Assembly (NCBI GenBank): GCA_963693365.1
Contig: CAVNZM010000001.1
Coordinates: 12,178,161-12,242,160, forward strand
Length of the DNA stretch: 64,000 bases
Origin: Amoebidium appalachense
Taxonomy: Eukaryota; Protista; Ichthyosporea
Direction of reading: 5' to 3'
Shown here: in pieces, positions 1-12,338 of the stretch
How positions within the stretch are numbered: position 1 is the stretch's first letter
Layout: each line of letters starts with the position of its first letter
Notes under the pieces: generated by a model
Seen by the model: only the letters and a program-made list of their open reading frames with translations
The model's database searches: none
What the model was told of the DNA's origin: nothing
Translations under genes and position numbers: made by a program

Positions 1-69
1 ACGTACTAATACCTGGGAAATTGCCCCAGGCTCCCGGATCCATACAAGTTGAATGCTGTTGGGCATTCT

Positions 70-853
<784 letters not shown>

Positions 854-1853
854 CTAGAGGATGCTCCTCGGCGTGTGTACAACATGTGCTTCTCAATTAG
901 CTTGTTTCCCGTTGCATATTTTTTTTTTCTCTCTACTTTGTGCACCGTTCGCCGAGACTACACCTCTACAGCTAATTGAACGAAGCTGGCCGGCAGGGCC
1001 GGGGTGGGCCCCCCGGCAGCTGCAGGGGGCGCGCCGGGGCTGTTCAACGGTTGCATCTGCAACTGCATATGATGCATACGCAACCAAGCTGAATGCATGA
1101 CATCTATGCATGTGCACTACAATTTTTGTGCAGTTATACTAGTATTATTTTTATCACCCGATATTTCTTCCTGGGCCCATATGATATTAGTGGTGTTTTC
1201 TGTTCGAAAAAGCCCTCGGACCTTGTTACTTGCTGCGCCTGCGCAACGGGTGAAACTTCCACGTGCTTGCGCCAACATGGCTCACACGCCAGCCAATCAT
1301 AGCCGTGGTATTCATCTAAGCCATATATGGAAGGTAAAAGATTGCATTTGGTCTCAAGTTGAACGCCTGTATTTCATTGGATCACAAGAGCTTTAAATTA
1401 CTCAAATATGGTGAAACTCATTTTACAATTTTAGAATCATGGACTGTCATGGATGGCGCATCCAGTGAAAGTTACATAAATTCGTGGCACGAAAGCAGAG
1501 AAGCTGTCATTTCAACCGACTTCCCTTTTCTTGCAGCTACGATAATCTTTCTTGAAGCCCTCTAAAGAACGAGAGCTTTGAGCATAAACCATCAAAAAAA
1601 TTTCCAGTTTCAAATGAGCTTTCTGCTTCCAAGCTTTTGAGCATAAACCATTGACCTTTTTTACAGTTTCAGTTGAGCTTTCTGCTTCCAAGTTTTTGGC
1701 TTTGCCACCTTCTTCACCGGCGGGGGAGGCGCTAGGCTCCTGTAAACCACCATCATACCGTGTTTATCCCAAAAACAACGAAAACCATACACTTTCTTTA
1801 TTTCTTGCACCGTAGCTGCTTGTTTTACCGAATTCACGTTAAGATCCAAGAAA

Positions 1854-3168
1854 ATGCTCTCAAGTGACACCCACCACGTTTCTCAAGGATTCGTTGCTGC
1901 CTCACCCACCAGCGCCCCAGCTTCCCCAGACACACACGAGCACCACTTGGATGATGGCAAGGGAAAATGGAGCAGTGTTGTTACAAGTGCCACCACAAAA
2001 CGTAGGGGTGCACCAAGCATGCAGCAGATTGCCAGCGCAACACAGGAGCTTTACAAGAAAGCAGCACTCGTGGACGATTATGCAGCTATTATCCGTGTTC
2101 CATATGCCGTAAAGTCCAAGAACGAACTCATTGCTGCCTATGAGAAGCTGCGCAAGTTCTGCAGGTTTGAGGTAAGACCGTGGAAAACGTAGAGAAAAGA
2201 ACGTGATTACTTGTATATAGATGCTTATTAAAAAATAACAACCAGTAATACTTTTATCGATCGATATCATGAGGCTCCAGCTAGAATAATCAAGTTGCTC
2301 TGCATCTTTACGAAATGAGGTGGCACAAGAACGCATGCAATATTGCTTACGAAATGGGGTGGCAATAATGCAGGCACATTTCTGACTTCTGGGCAGATGT
2401 GTATGGAAAACTTAACTAATATGCACAAGACTTTTATTATCTGTATCATTCAAGCTGGGGCGATTCAAGTTGCTCTGCATCTAAACGAAATGTTTTCTGG
2501 AATTTTTGTGCGGTGTTTTAGCACATTTCTGGAACTTTTGTGCGGTGTTTTGGTGCATCTTCCTGTACTTCTTCCTAATAAAGTGTGTTCAATTCCTACA
2601 GAACCTCAAGAACTCGTCAAGAGATGACTACGAGAGTATTTTGCGACAAGCTGGGGAGGAGCTTGTCAACCCTCTCGTCGATTTCGTCTGGAAACGTGTT
2701 GCCTCGCAGAATCTTCGCCAAGTTTCTGTTGGTGCATTGGCTCGTGATGTGTCCGAGAGACTCAAAGACATCGAAACAACGTCCCCCGGCACTGCTGCTA
2801 GCCTCCGTCAGCTTAAACATCTCACCACCATTTCCAAAGAGGCACCCGCTCTGTCCCCAAACCCACACAACCATAGTTCTGTTCCTGCTCTGCTTGATCG
2901 CCTTCTCATGTTTCTACGACAACTCAAGATTATCCATGAGGAAATGAATACACACTCCGAGCTCTCAGTTGCCACACCAGCTTCAACAAAACCTACCCTT
3001 GACTTTTTCGACTTCTCGGACGCTCACGGACAGGACGATACATTGCCGGAATACTACAAGCGACCCCTTCCTATCTTCCAGTACCCAGCACAGCAGCCTT
3101 TCAGTCCCGTTCCCGGGCCCTCCTTTGTTCCTCGTCACTATGATTCGGCAAGCCGATTTACAAGGTAG
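1854..3168 (+). CDS. Hypothetical spliced gene (exons 1854-2171 and 2602-3168), function unknown
   Basis: Two non-repetitive ORF segments join in phase 0 through GAG|GTAAGA (2172) and TTCCTACAG|AAC (2601). No family motif recognised; a further 3' exon near 3575-3639 is possible. Confidence 0.55.
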
Positions 3169-3987
3169 TTTTATCTTTGTTTTTTTCCCTTCTTTCGACC
3201 CTTTCCCCCCCCTCCCTCTTTTGTTTTCTTCTTTGTGTTTTCTTGTAGTGTTCTTCTTCTTCTTCTTCTTCTTCTTTTTCCGCAAAGTTTTTTTCTTTTC
3301 GTGTATCACGTTCCCTCTATCTCCCCCCCTCCCCCCCCTCCCCCTCCCCCCCCCCCCCCCCCCCCCCCGCGCCTCCTCCCCCCCTCCCCCCCCCCCCCCC
3401 CCGCGCCTTCTCCCCCCCTCCCCCCAGCCCACCGCCCTCCCCCCTCCCCCTCCCTCCCCCGCACCTTCCCTCCCCCGTCCCCCCCCCCCTCCCCCCTTTA
3501 CCCCCTCCCCCCACTCGTTAAGTTTTCACACCTACTATTTGCTTTTTCTACATGCGGGCCTTACATCCTTGAGTTCGGGACGTTTCGTGGTGACTATAAG
3601 ACATGGCTGAAGCAACAGATGGAATGCTTAGCCTTGTGAAATGATGTAACACTGTGTGCCAGTGTATATGTGTAAATGTGTGTGTGTACGTGCATGCGTG
3701 CGTTCGTGCGTTCGTGTGTGTGTGTGTGTATGCGGGCGCATGTATGTGGGTGGTATGCTGGTGCGTGTATGTGTTTGTGTGTGTGTGTTTGGGGGGGGGG
3801 GGGGGGAGGGGGGGAGGGGGGAGGGGGGGGGGGGGGGGGGGGGGAGGGGGGGGTAAAGTGAGGATTAAAGCAAGACCGGTCAGATCGTGAAAGGATGTTT
3901 CAGGCTCTCGCCAACTCTTTTAGGGGTTTCGCATGCATTCTCGGAGGCAGAGGATGTGTGAATGCCAAACCTGTTTTTTTTTTTTTT

Positions 3988-4019
<32 letters not shown>

Positions 4020-4043
4020 GTGGTGGTGGTGGTGGTGGTGGGT

Positions 4044-4084
<41 letters not shown>

Positions 4085-4286
4085 AGGGCTAAGGGGTCAA
4101 ATGTACGGAATCTATGCAGTGCTCAAGTAAATGCACGACACTGGATGTAAGTTCCAAAACCACCTGTTGTGTGCTTTGGCTGATAAAAATGGGTTGGAAT
4201 ACTATTACTAACCAGGACGTGCTAACAGGAACTACAGCCTGTTTGGTGAGCGCTGGCCCTTCTCGAACAACGACATGCATGATAAG

Positions 4287-5105
4287 ATGTCCGGACATGG
4301 CCAGAAGAATCTTGGAGCCATAGGTCAGCCCCGCAACACGAATTCCCTGCCAAACTCCCCGATGTTCGACTCTGCCTCCTCATCTCGCCGTTCCTCCGAC
4401 ACGTCCGACCAGTTCAACTTCGAGACTCTCCGCCGCATCTCCCAAATCATAGACGCCGACCCCGAGGAGCTTTACGCCAATGCCCATCTGCTACAGGCAC
4501 ACAAAGACGGGGCAGCATGCGCATGCCACTGTGGGTCTTCCAACTGCCTGGGTGGGTCTTCGTGCATCAATGGTCGCAACATAAACCGGGAACTTGTGCC
4601 TCTCGAGGTGCAGAGGCGGGACCTCATTGCCCATCTTATGGCTCTGGAGGCCAGCGATGCCGGTGAAACAGGTGAGAAAGCAGCATTTAAGGAGCTGCAT
4701 CGATGTGTTGTGTATCACTTTTCTCCGGGGGTTAACCGTTGTTTGTTTGTCTGGTGTTGCAAATGAAGTTACATAGACTGGATTGCTTATTATACTAACC
4801 TGTGCCCGTGCCACGCAGGTCAGATTGAGTGGGTAGAGTCTCCCGTGCGCTACAAAACGGCACTCTGCAAGCGCGTAATTGATGGCGAGCAGTGCCGCTA
4901 CAGCAAGGCGTGTGGGTTTGCTCACTGCGAGACGGAGAAAGACAAGTTCACCAGGCTGCACGTTGCCACCATTCGTTGTACGTACGGCAACAAATGCCAT
5001 AACCCCGGCTGTGGCCGCGCACACACGCCACTTGAGCAGCGTGCTGCTATCCGCATCTACACTGCTGCTATTGACCGTGGACGTGGGACTGTTCCCGACT
5101 CGTAA
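4287..5105 (+). CDS. CCCH zinc-finger protein, TTP/ZFP36-like first finger (exons 4287-4671, 4819-5105)
   Basis: G|GTGAGA donor and CACGCAG|GT acceptor join in frame. Exon 2 has RYKTALC-x8-C-x5-C-x3-H (RYKTxLC lead-in typical of TTP-family fingers) and a second C-x5-C-x4-C-x3-H finger. Confidence 0.75.
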
Positions 5106-5399
5106 CCTAGCCATTGCTGTCTATAGCCTATCAGGAGCATATGCATAGCAAAATTTGCTGTAAACCTGTTCCTCCCTTGTGCCAGAGTGGTTTTAAAACT
5201 TGCATTATCATAGCATGAGAGACCGAGCAGCAGTACTAGGCTATAATGTAATATAGCTAATCGAGATAACATAAATTCTAGTCTTTTCTATAACATAGAC
5301 CAGGTTAAGCATAGTTTCTTTCTCGTACAGATTTGAAGCACCCAATGAGAGAGTAATAAACGGAAAGAGATCAAGGGAAAAACTTTCCCTTAGGGCTCT

Positions 5400-6486
5400 T
5401 GCATACCGATGTTTCCTCATCCTTCACTACCTGTCCGACAATATTGCAATAATTAACCACGCTCAAACTCCAAAAATTATTTAAGTCCCCCTCCCCACCC
5501 TCTTCCCCCCTCCTTTTCTACCTCCCTCGTGTCCCCCCCCCCCCCCCTTCGTTTCCTCCCCTCTCCCCCCTTCCCCCCCCCCCTCCCCTCCTCCTCCCCC
5601 CCCCCCCCCCCCCGCGCCTCCCCTCCCCTCCCCCCTTCCCCCCCCGCCCCTCCCGGGGGCTGCCGGGTCAAATTCCCGTTAAAATATGGGCCTTAAAAGA
5701 AAAGGGAGTAGAAAGAAGGAGTGAATGGCAGCAACAAGGGAGAAAAGAGCTTGACCTAAATAGTATAGAAGGCAACTCAATGTTCTACTCTTCTTTGCTC
5801 TCCCCCCCCCCCCCCCCCCCCCCCCTCCCTTTCCCTTTCACCCCTTCTCCCATCAAGGAAATGGGAGGGGGGGGGGAGGGGGGAGGGGGGGAGGGGGGAG
5901 GGGGGGGGGGGGGCCGGGGGGCTGTGTGTGTTTGTATGCCTGTGCACACGCGCTTGTCGTTTTTTTTTTGTTTTTTTTTTGGGGGGGGGGAGGGGGGAGT
6001 ATGCAAGGTATCCACCCCACCCCTACATGAACTCATCGAGAACAGAAAGACTTATAGCAAAACACGGGGGATATAACTCAAATAGAAGGTTTACGGGCAA
6101 CCCCTCCCCCTCCCTCCTTGCCCTCCTTCCCCCCCCCCCCCCCCCCCCCCCCCCGGAAAAAAAAAAAGCATGAGAGGAAGAAAAACGTACCCCACTCTAC
6201 TACCCAGCCTTTGCTTCCCGACTTGCTTCCTCCCCGAGCCATCATCCTGTCCTTTACCCATCCCGGGATTCTCAGATGCTCTCGGTTGTATACATGTCGA
6301 AGCACACACACACACAGTATACGGTCCTACCTGAATTGCGGAAGGCCTTGCCGGTGCGCAGGCGCACTAAAATACGAGTACACAAAACCCACACACATCC
6401 ATGTACACACATACACACACACACACACATATACACAGATACAAACGCACCCACACACGCACGCGCGCACGCACGCACACACACAC

Positions 6487-6568
<82 letters not shown>

Positions 6569-6791
6569 AAACACACACGCATACCCACAGGACACCCACA
6601 CATATTTATACACAAACCCACATACACATTCAGTGTATCGCACCCGCACATGCGCATGCACGGGCGCAGTCGAGTGCACACACACCGTAGGGCTAACCCT
6701 ACCCACCCACCCACCCACACACACCCCTCATATCCTAAAAACACATTCACGGAGACACACACCAGCACACCGTGTATTTGTATACACAGAC

Positions 6792-6846
<55 letters not shown>

Positions 6847-6885
6847 ACCCGCTGATACGAGTGTCCGTGCAGGCCGGGGAACCCT
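5400..6885 (+). pseudogene. Possible highly degraded LINE ORF2 relic related to the element at 10.9-15.7 kb
   Basis: Colinear weak matches by eye: LHYLSDNIAII..LQKLF vs LLYADDLSLL..LQRLF (~5430-5485); GVKFP vs GVMFP (~5665); YTCRSTHTHSIRSYLNC vs FACPNNTHTHQFNRSC (~6290-6340); (CA)n followed by gctgatacgagtgtccg (6851) vs gctgataccgagtgtcccg (15602). Confidence 0.35.
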
Positions 6886-7020
6886 GCCTCCCTCTCTCCC
6901 ACCCCCCCCCCCCCCCCCCTTCCTCCCCATCTCCCCTCCCCCCTCTCCTCCTCTCCCTACATTTTCTCCACCCCAACCCTCCCCTCCCGCCCCCACACAC
7001 ACCCTCTCACCCCGGCCCCC

Positions 7021-7059
<39 letters not shown>

Positions 7060-7295
7060 TTCCCCCACCACCCCCATCCCTCCTTCCAAGAAAGAAGAAG
7101 AAGAAGAAGACGAAATTCGGAAAAGAAAAAGAAAACCAGAAAAAGATCGTAAAAGAAAACAAGAAGATGCGTGTGTGTGTGGGTCCGGGTGTGTGGGGGG
7201 GAAAGGGGGGGGGGGGGGGGGGGGGGAAGAGACCGAACCAAAAAAAGACGACTATACTAATATGCTCGTCCAGTGAAGAAGAGACACAAAAATCG

Positions 7296-7505
7296 TTACT
7301 CTCGGACATGGAGGAGATCATGACTTGGATAATCATACAACCTAGAAAACTCGTTAAACATACGATTCAATAGATAATCAATAGATGTGATATCAGGATC
7401 ATCGAAATAAGCAAGTCCTCTAACTTCCGACGGAATAATCTGAGATAAATAAATACATCTATCTAAATGTTTGCGAGAAACAGATCCTGCGCAAAAGTGG
7501 CACAA
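7296..7505 (-). pseudogene. Possible C-terminal relic of another non-LTR retrotransposon ORF2
   Basis: CHFC..SRKHLDRC..IDYLLN resembles the Cys/His plus LDFILN tail of LINE ORF2 in this window; no RT core adjacent. Confidence 0.3.
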
Positions 7506-7712
7506 ACGTTTTTAAGTGGAATTTCGGCTATCAGCTCTATTCGCCTGATGCAAGGCTAAGTGAATATATACCGAGCACAAACCTCCCCATTGATACCAGA
7601 TACCGGTTTTTATGCCTTGGGCACACTGTTGCCGTGAACCCAGACCCTATGTACCACTTGCTGCATGGTTATGTGTGTGAACGTGGGTGCGCGGGTTCGC
7701 ATTTTTTTTTTT

Positions 7713-7766
<54 letters not shown>

Positions 7767-8058
7767 AAAGGAAACGGAAAATACTGCCCGGAAACTGCTT
7801 GACTGACTATTAGTCTAAACCAAACTGAGGTCGAGGTCCGACCATCGTTTATAGTACTATTATAAATAGTAGTCAAAGCGAAAATACAAGATGATGATCG
7901 GACCGGGGAGGTGTGGGGTGTGTGTGTGTGTGTGTTTTTTTTTTTTTGGGGGGGGGGGGGGGGGTTGAGGGAACTGTGCAAAATGCAAAAAATCTCAGGG
8001 CCCCACGGTCAAGGATTAGGGGATAAGGGTGTATGTGTGTGGGTGGGTGAGTGTGTGT

Positions 8059-8124
<66 letters not shown>

Positions 8125-8700
8125 TTGTGTGTGTGTTTGGGAGAGGGGGGGGGGGGGGGGGGGGCTCAAAACTTGTATGCAAACTTGTATGCGGGTGAAT
8201 TGGAAAAGGATTGGAGATAGCTATGGCACCAAGAACAACTTCTTCTGAGGAGACCCACCCACATATGGATCTGAGCAGTCGACATTTGTTTATGGAAAAA
8301 TACAAGCTTTATTATACATTTTTTGGCTCCCAATAACTTTTAACACTGCCTAGCTATACATCATGTTCAGACGACGATACATAACCGTATATGTTCTGTC
8401 CCCTATTGTGAAACTGTGACAGCTGCATTGCTGTTAAGTATTGCAATTGAACAGTATTTACACAGGTAATATACACAAAATACATTCAGGTACGGTGATG
8501 CCGTATGCAAATAATATAAGTTCAACCAGAAGAACGATATCGATTATTCTCAAATAGGCACTATGCATGTACATGCAGAAGAAATAAAATGTATGGAAAG
8601 GTGATGACCCTTGCCACATGGAACAGATAAAAACAGTGTTAATCACACCAAAATTAAACAGCGTCTGTTTTAAACACACTGTCAACTAATACTCCAAAAT

Positions 8701-9300
8701 TCAAACAGTTGCAGTATGGGCCTCGGTCTGGGTGCCGGCAGTCTCAGCAGCAGCAGGCTTTGCGCCCTCCCCAATGACCTTCATGCTCTCGGGTGCAGTG
8801 TTGGGGCCAGCAATAGAAATCTGCACGGGACTCTTCTTGACGGGCTCGGGCTTGGTCAGCTTCACACGCAGAACACCGTCTTCGTAGTGGGCCTTGATGG
8901 GCGCGCCGGTGAGCTCGGGTGGGAGCTCTAGGGACTGTTGGAACTCACGCCGGTCGTAGAATTGCTCCCCCTCCCCTGCCTGGGCCCCCTGAGCACCCCC
9001 CTCAGCTGCTTTCCTCTGCTCTTGCAGCCCACGGATAATCAGACGGCTCCCATCCAACTCAACAGCCAAATTCTCCTTCTTAAACCCTGGGGTCTCGGCC
9101 TCAACGACAATGTCTTTGTCGCTCTCACGAACGTGGAAGAGGGGCTGGCGCTGGGCAAATGCTTGGGCTAAGGGGGAGGCAGTGGGGAAGCCTGACATCA
9201 AGTTCTGGCCATAGAGGGAGGGGGCAAAGGCACGAGCAAAGTCGCGCTCAATGGTGGAAAGCTCGCTGAAGAACGGACGGATGGTGCGGCTAAGAGACAT
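8701..9300 (-). CDS. Small heat shock protein (HSP20/alpha-crystallin family)
   Basis: Intronless 199-aa ORF with alpha-crystallin motifs VRESDKDIVVEAETPGFKKENLAVEL, LIIRG, FQQSLELP and AHYEDGVLRVKLTK. Confidence 0.95.
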   Translation of the reverse strand: MSLSRTIRPFFSELSTIERDFARAFAPSLYGQNLMSGFPTASPLAQAFAQRQPLFHVRESDKDIVVEAETPGFKKENLAVELDGSRLIIRGLQEQRKAAEGGAQGAQAGEGEQFYDRREFQQSLELPPELTGAPIKAHYEDGVLRVKLTKPEPVKKSPVQISIAGPNTAPESMKVIGEGAKPAAAETAGTQTEAHTATV

Positions 9301-9440
9301 GGTGAATTGAAAAACTACACAGAAAGTTGATTGATTTGACAGTTATCTGTGACAGGATCAGAGAGCGCGTCGAAAACAAACACCGTCGGAAGTAGTGTAA
9401 GTCAAATGGAAACTGATGTAGGGACACACAGGTGACCTCC

Positions 9441-9448
9441 TTTATATA
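9441..9448 (-). promoter_or_regulatory. TATA box of the HSP20 gene
   Basis: TATATAAA on the minus strand about 140 bp upstream of the ATG. Confidence 0.55.
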
Positions 9449-10298
9449 CCCGTGGGAGGTGTGGCCCACAAATTCGGGGAATCGGGAATCAGTACACGAC
9501 CAATCACAAGCGTCCAAAATGAGCTCAAAATCTGCACATGATATTGCACAAATGAAATACTAATTTTACATTGAATACCAGTAAAAATACGCGTTCTGTT
9601 TGCTTCGTAGCCATTCTTGGTTATTCGCGATTTTTCAGCCTAAACGTGAAATGTCGCTTCGGGAAACGGTTGCGGTGCGGCGTTTGAGAGTCAACATTGT
9701 GACAGCAATTGTAACCGAACATAGGGCCAGATGCGACGCCAAGCGTCATACGAAGGCCCATTTCGCCTTTGGCAGATGGATGACAGTTTTTGCCCTCGCG
9801 AGGCTAGCGTTTAGGGCCCTCCCTGCCTGGTGAGCTGGTGATATATGTAGTTATTTTTTTAAAATTTTTTTTATCCCGTTTTGCTCCCGGAGGGACCTAA
9901 GCTTGGGCCCTCATGATCAGGGGAACTACCGTCTTCCACCCAGCACCGACAGTACTCTAGCTAGGATGCTACGGTATTATTAGCTATGCTAACACACCTT
10001 TAAAGAATCCTAACTATTTGCACACGCTTTGCCCAGGGTATTTACCCCAGCCACGCCGGTGATATATGTAGTTAAAACGTCATTTGCAGCCCGATCGCGA
10101 GGGCACTGAACTGTACAAAACCTTTCCACGTACGCGTCCGTCTCTCTCAGTCTCTCTATCTGCTTCTCTCTCTCTCTCTCGGCCTCAACCTCCCCCCAAT
10201 TTCTGAATAATAATTGTGGTAGTTCCTCTCTTCTCTCTCTCCCTCTCTCCTCTGTCTCTCTCCCTACTATGTACCTTCCTCTAGATCTCTCTCTCCCT

Positions 10299-10364
<66 letters not shown>

Positions 10365-10491
10365 CCTCCCTCTCCCTCTCCCTCCCCGGGGCCCCCCCCC
10401 CTCCCCCTCAACCTCTCCCTCTCCATCTCCCTCTCTCTCTCTCCCGGCACTCTCCCCCTCCCTCTTTCCCCCCCCCCCCCCCCCCCTCTCT

Positions 10492-10557
<66 letters not shown>

Positions 10558-10573
10558 CCCCCCCCCCCCCCCC

Positions 10574-10668
<95 letters not shown>

Positions 10669-10779
10669 CCTAGATCTCTCTCTCGCTCTTCTCTCTCTCT
10701 CTCTCTCTCTCTCTAGCCTACTCACGTGCACTGTCTCTCACCCGCCATTCCCTTGAAGTTCTTCCTCTCCCCCCCCCTT

Positions 10780-10861
<82 letters not shown>

Positions 10862-10960
10862 CCCCCTAGAAAAGCCTCAGTGCGGGTTGGCGTCCTTCGA
10901 GCGAGGCGCCATTTCAGCAGCACATTCGGCAACAGATTCGCCTCTGATTCGGAACTTGAA

Positions 10961-11056
10961 CACATCGATTCAGTCGCGCACATCGATTCAGTCGCGCACA
11001 CATCGATTCAGTCGCGCACACATCGATTCAGTCGCACACATCGATTCAAATGTCGC
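10961..11056 (+). repeat. About 5 tandem 18-20 bp monomers (CATCGATTCAGTCGCGCACA) in the LINE 5' UTR
   Basis: CATCGATTCA starts at 10963, 10981, 11001, 11021 and 11039. Confidence 0.9.
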
Positions 11057-11153
11057 TCTTTATTATCTGCTAATAAATAGTATCCTTCGCGCATCCACCC
11101 CTAAACCAGGCCATCCGTGGCCCTAAGGGCCGGGGAACACCCCCATCCATGTC

Positions 11154-12338
11154 ATGGCACATGCCTATAATCGTTTCAGAACCTCTTTCAAAGTTCCATC
11201 TACACCCATCACACATGTGCGACCATTAAAACGTCCAGCAGATACACCTACCACAGATGCACAACCAGAAAAACATCGCCTTAGACTAAGCGCAACACCT
11301 ATTTACAATACACTACCCATTCAGAATAACACCACACCACTCCGTAGAAACACAATAACAACCATGCCGAAACTTTCGGTTGATACAGTACTGGCAGAAC
11401 TTGCCCTCGTTAAGAAACAGCTAAATGAGCTGTTACCACTCAAGAACATGATAGAAAAACTCCAAACAGAAAATACCCAACTCAAGCTCACCATTGATTC
11501 ACTCACAGCCCAGCTAAACATTAGTGGATCGCAAAACCCCAAAACTCATGAGCAAACATCTCGCGACGGAGACATTTCCACCCCAACACAAAACAACACA
11601 GGACCGGAAGCACAGCTCCCGGCAGAGTTCCTAGAATATGCGAACTCTCGTAAAACACCCGAGCTCCGCCAAATTGCCAAGGAAACATATGCCAGCATTC
11701 TTGCAGGCAACGAGTACCGCCGCAACTCCCCTCCCAAACCGCCGGCTAAGGGGAACACCCAAGCAAACGGTAACATCAACATCCCACCCAAATACGAGAG
11801 GGTGTATTTCAAAGTCAAGCACGGCAGACGCCCACACAGGGCCATGTGGTCCATCTTCAAGGCTCTCGGCTTCCGGTGCTCTCGCATCCTTTGTCTGTCC
11901 TTCATTGGATACGATGTGCTGGAAGTAGCAGTACGGGGCGACTATAACCGTGCGTTCATCCGTGACGCGACAAAGGGGTGTGGAAGCTTCTTCACCCACC
12001 TCCCAAGCTACGACCCATGCGCGCCGGAAAACATTCAGAAAGCAGACAAAGAACGTAAAGTGTCTGCTAAGAATGCGTGCGCCACACGTTGTCGTGTACG
12101 CATCAGCAAGGCAAAAGAGTTCCTCGCAAAGTTGGAAAACGATGCTACGAGCGTGATAGACACGGACACGAAGGAACCAATGTTTTCTGGTGAGAAACTG
12201 CTCGAGCGCAAACGCCGATGCGAGATGGAAATCGAGCTCTTCTGCGAACTGTTCGCGCTGGCGGAAGGTCGTGCATACGACCCCGTAAGCGACAAGTGGG
12301 AACCAACCCCACAGGTGTCGGACCAAACCGATGCCTAA
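11154..12338 (+). CDS. LINE ORF1 protein (coiled coil plus putative RRM-like region)
   Basis: 394-aa ORF directly upstream of ORF2; heptad pattern LAELALVKKQLNEL..IEKLQTENTQLKLTIDSLTAQL followed by an alpha/beta segment (YERVYFKV..ALGFRCSRILCLSF..VLEVAV). Confidence 0.85.
   Translation: MAHAYNRFRTSFKVPSTPITHVRPLKRPADTPTTDAQPEKHRLRLSATPIYNTLPIQNNTTPLRRNTITTMPKLSVDTVLAELALVKKQLNELLPLKNMIEKLQTENTQLKLTIDSLTAQLNISGSQNPKTHEQTSRDGDISTPTQNNTGPEAQLPAEFLEYANSRKTPELRQIAKETYASILAGNEYRRNSPPKPPAKGNTQANGNINIPPKYERVYFKVKHGRRPHRAMWSIFKALGFRCSRILCLSFIGYDVLEVAVRGDYNRAFIRDATKGCGSFFTHLPSYDPCAPENIQKADKERKVSAKNACATRCRVRISKAKEFLAKLENDATSVIDTDTKEPMFSGEKLLERKRRCEMEIELFCELFALAEGRAYDPVSDKWEPTPQVSDQTDA

Noticed and set aside
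9470-9492. Heat-shock element upstream of HSP20
   Set aside because: The TTC/GAA triplets are not in canonical alternating nGAAn spacing.
9837-10074. Degenerate inverted similarity to the LINE 3' extension (possible enclosing TIR element)
   Set aside because: Only scattered 8-9 bp matches with no continuous alignment.
10961-11056. LINE 5' monomers as a CRISPR-like array or DIRS target (they contain ATCGAT)
   Set aside because: No unique spacers, and a shared 6-mer alone is expected by chance.
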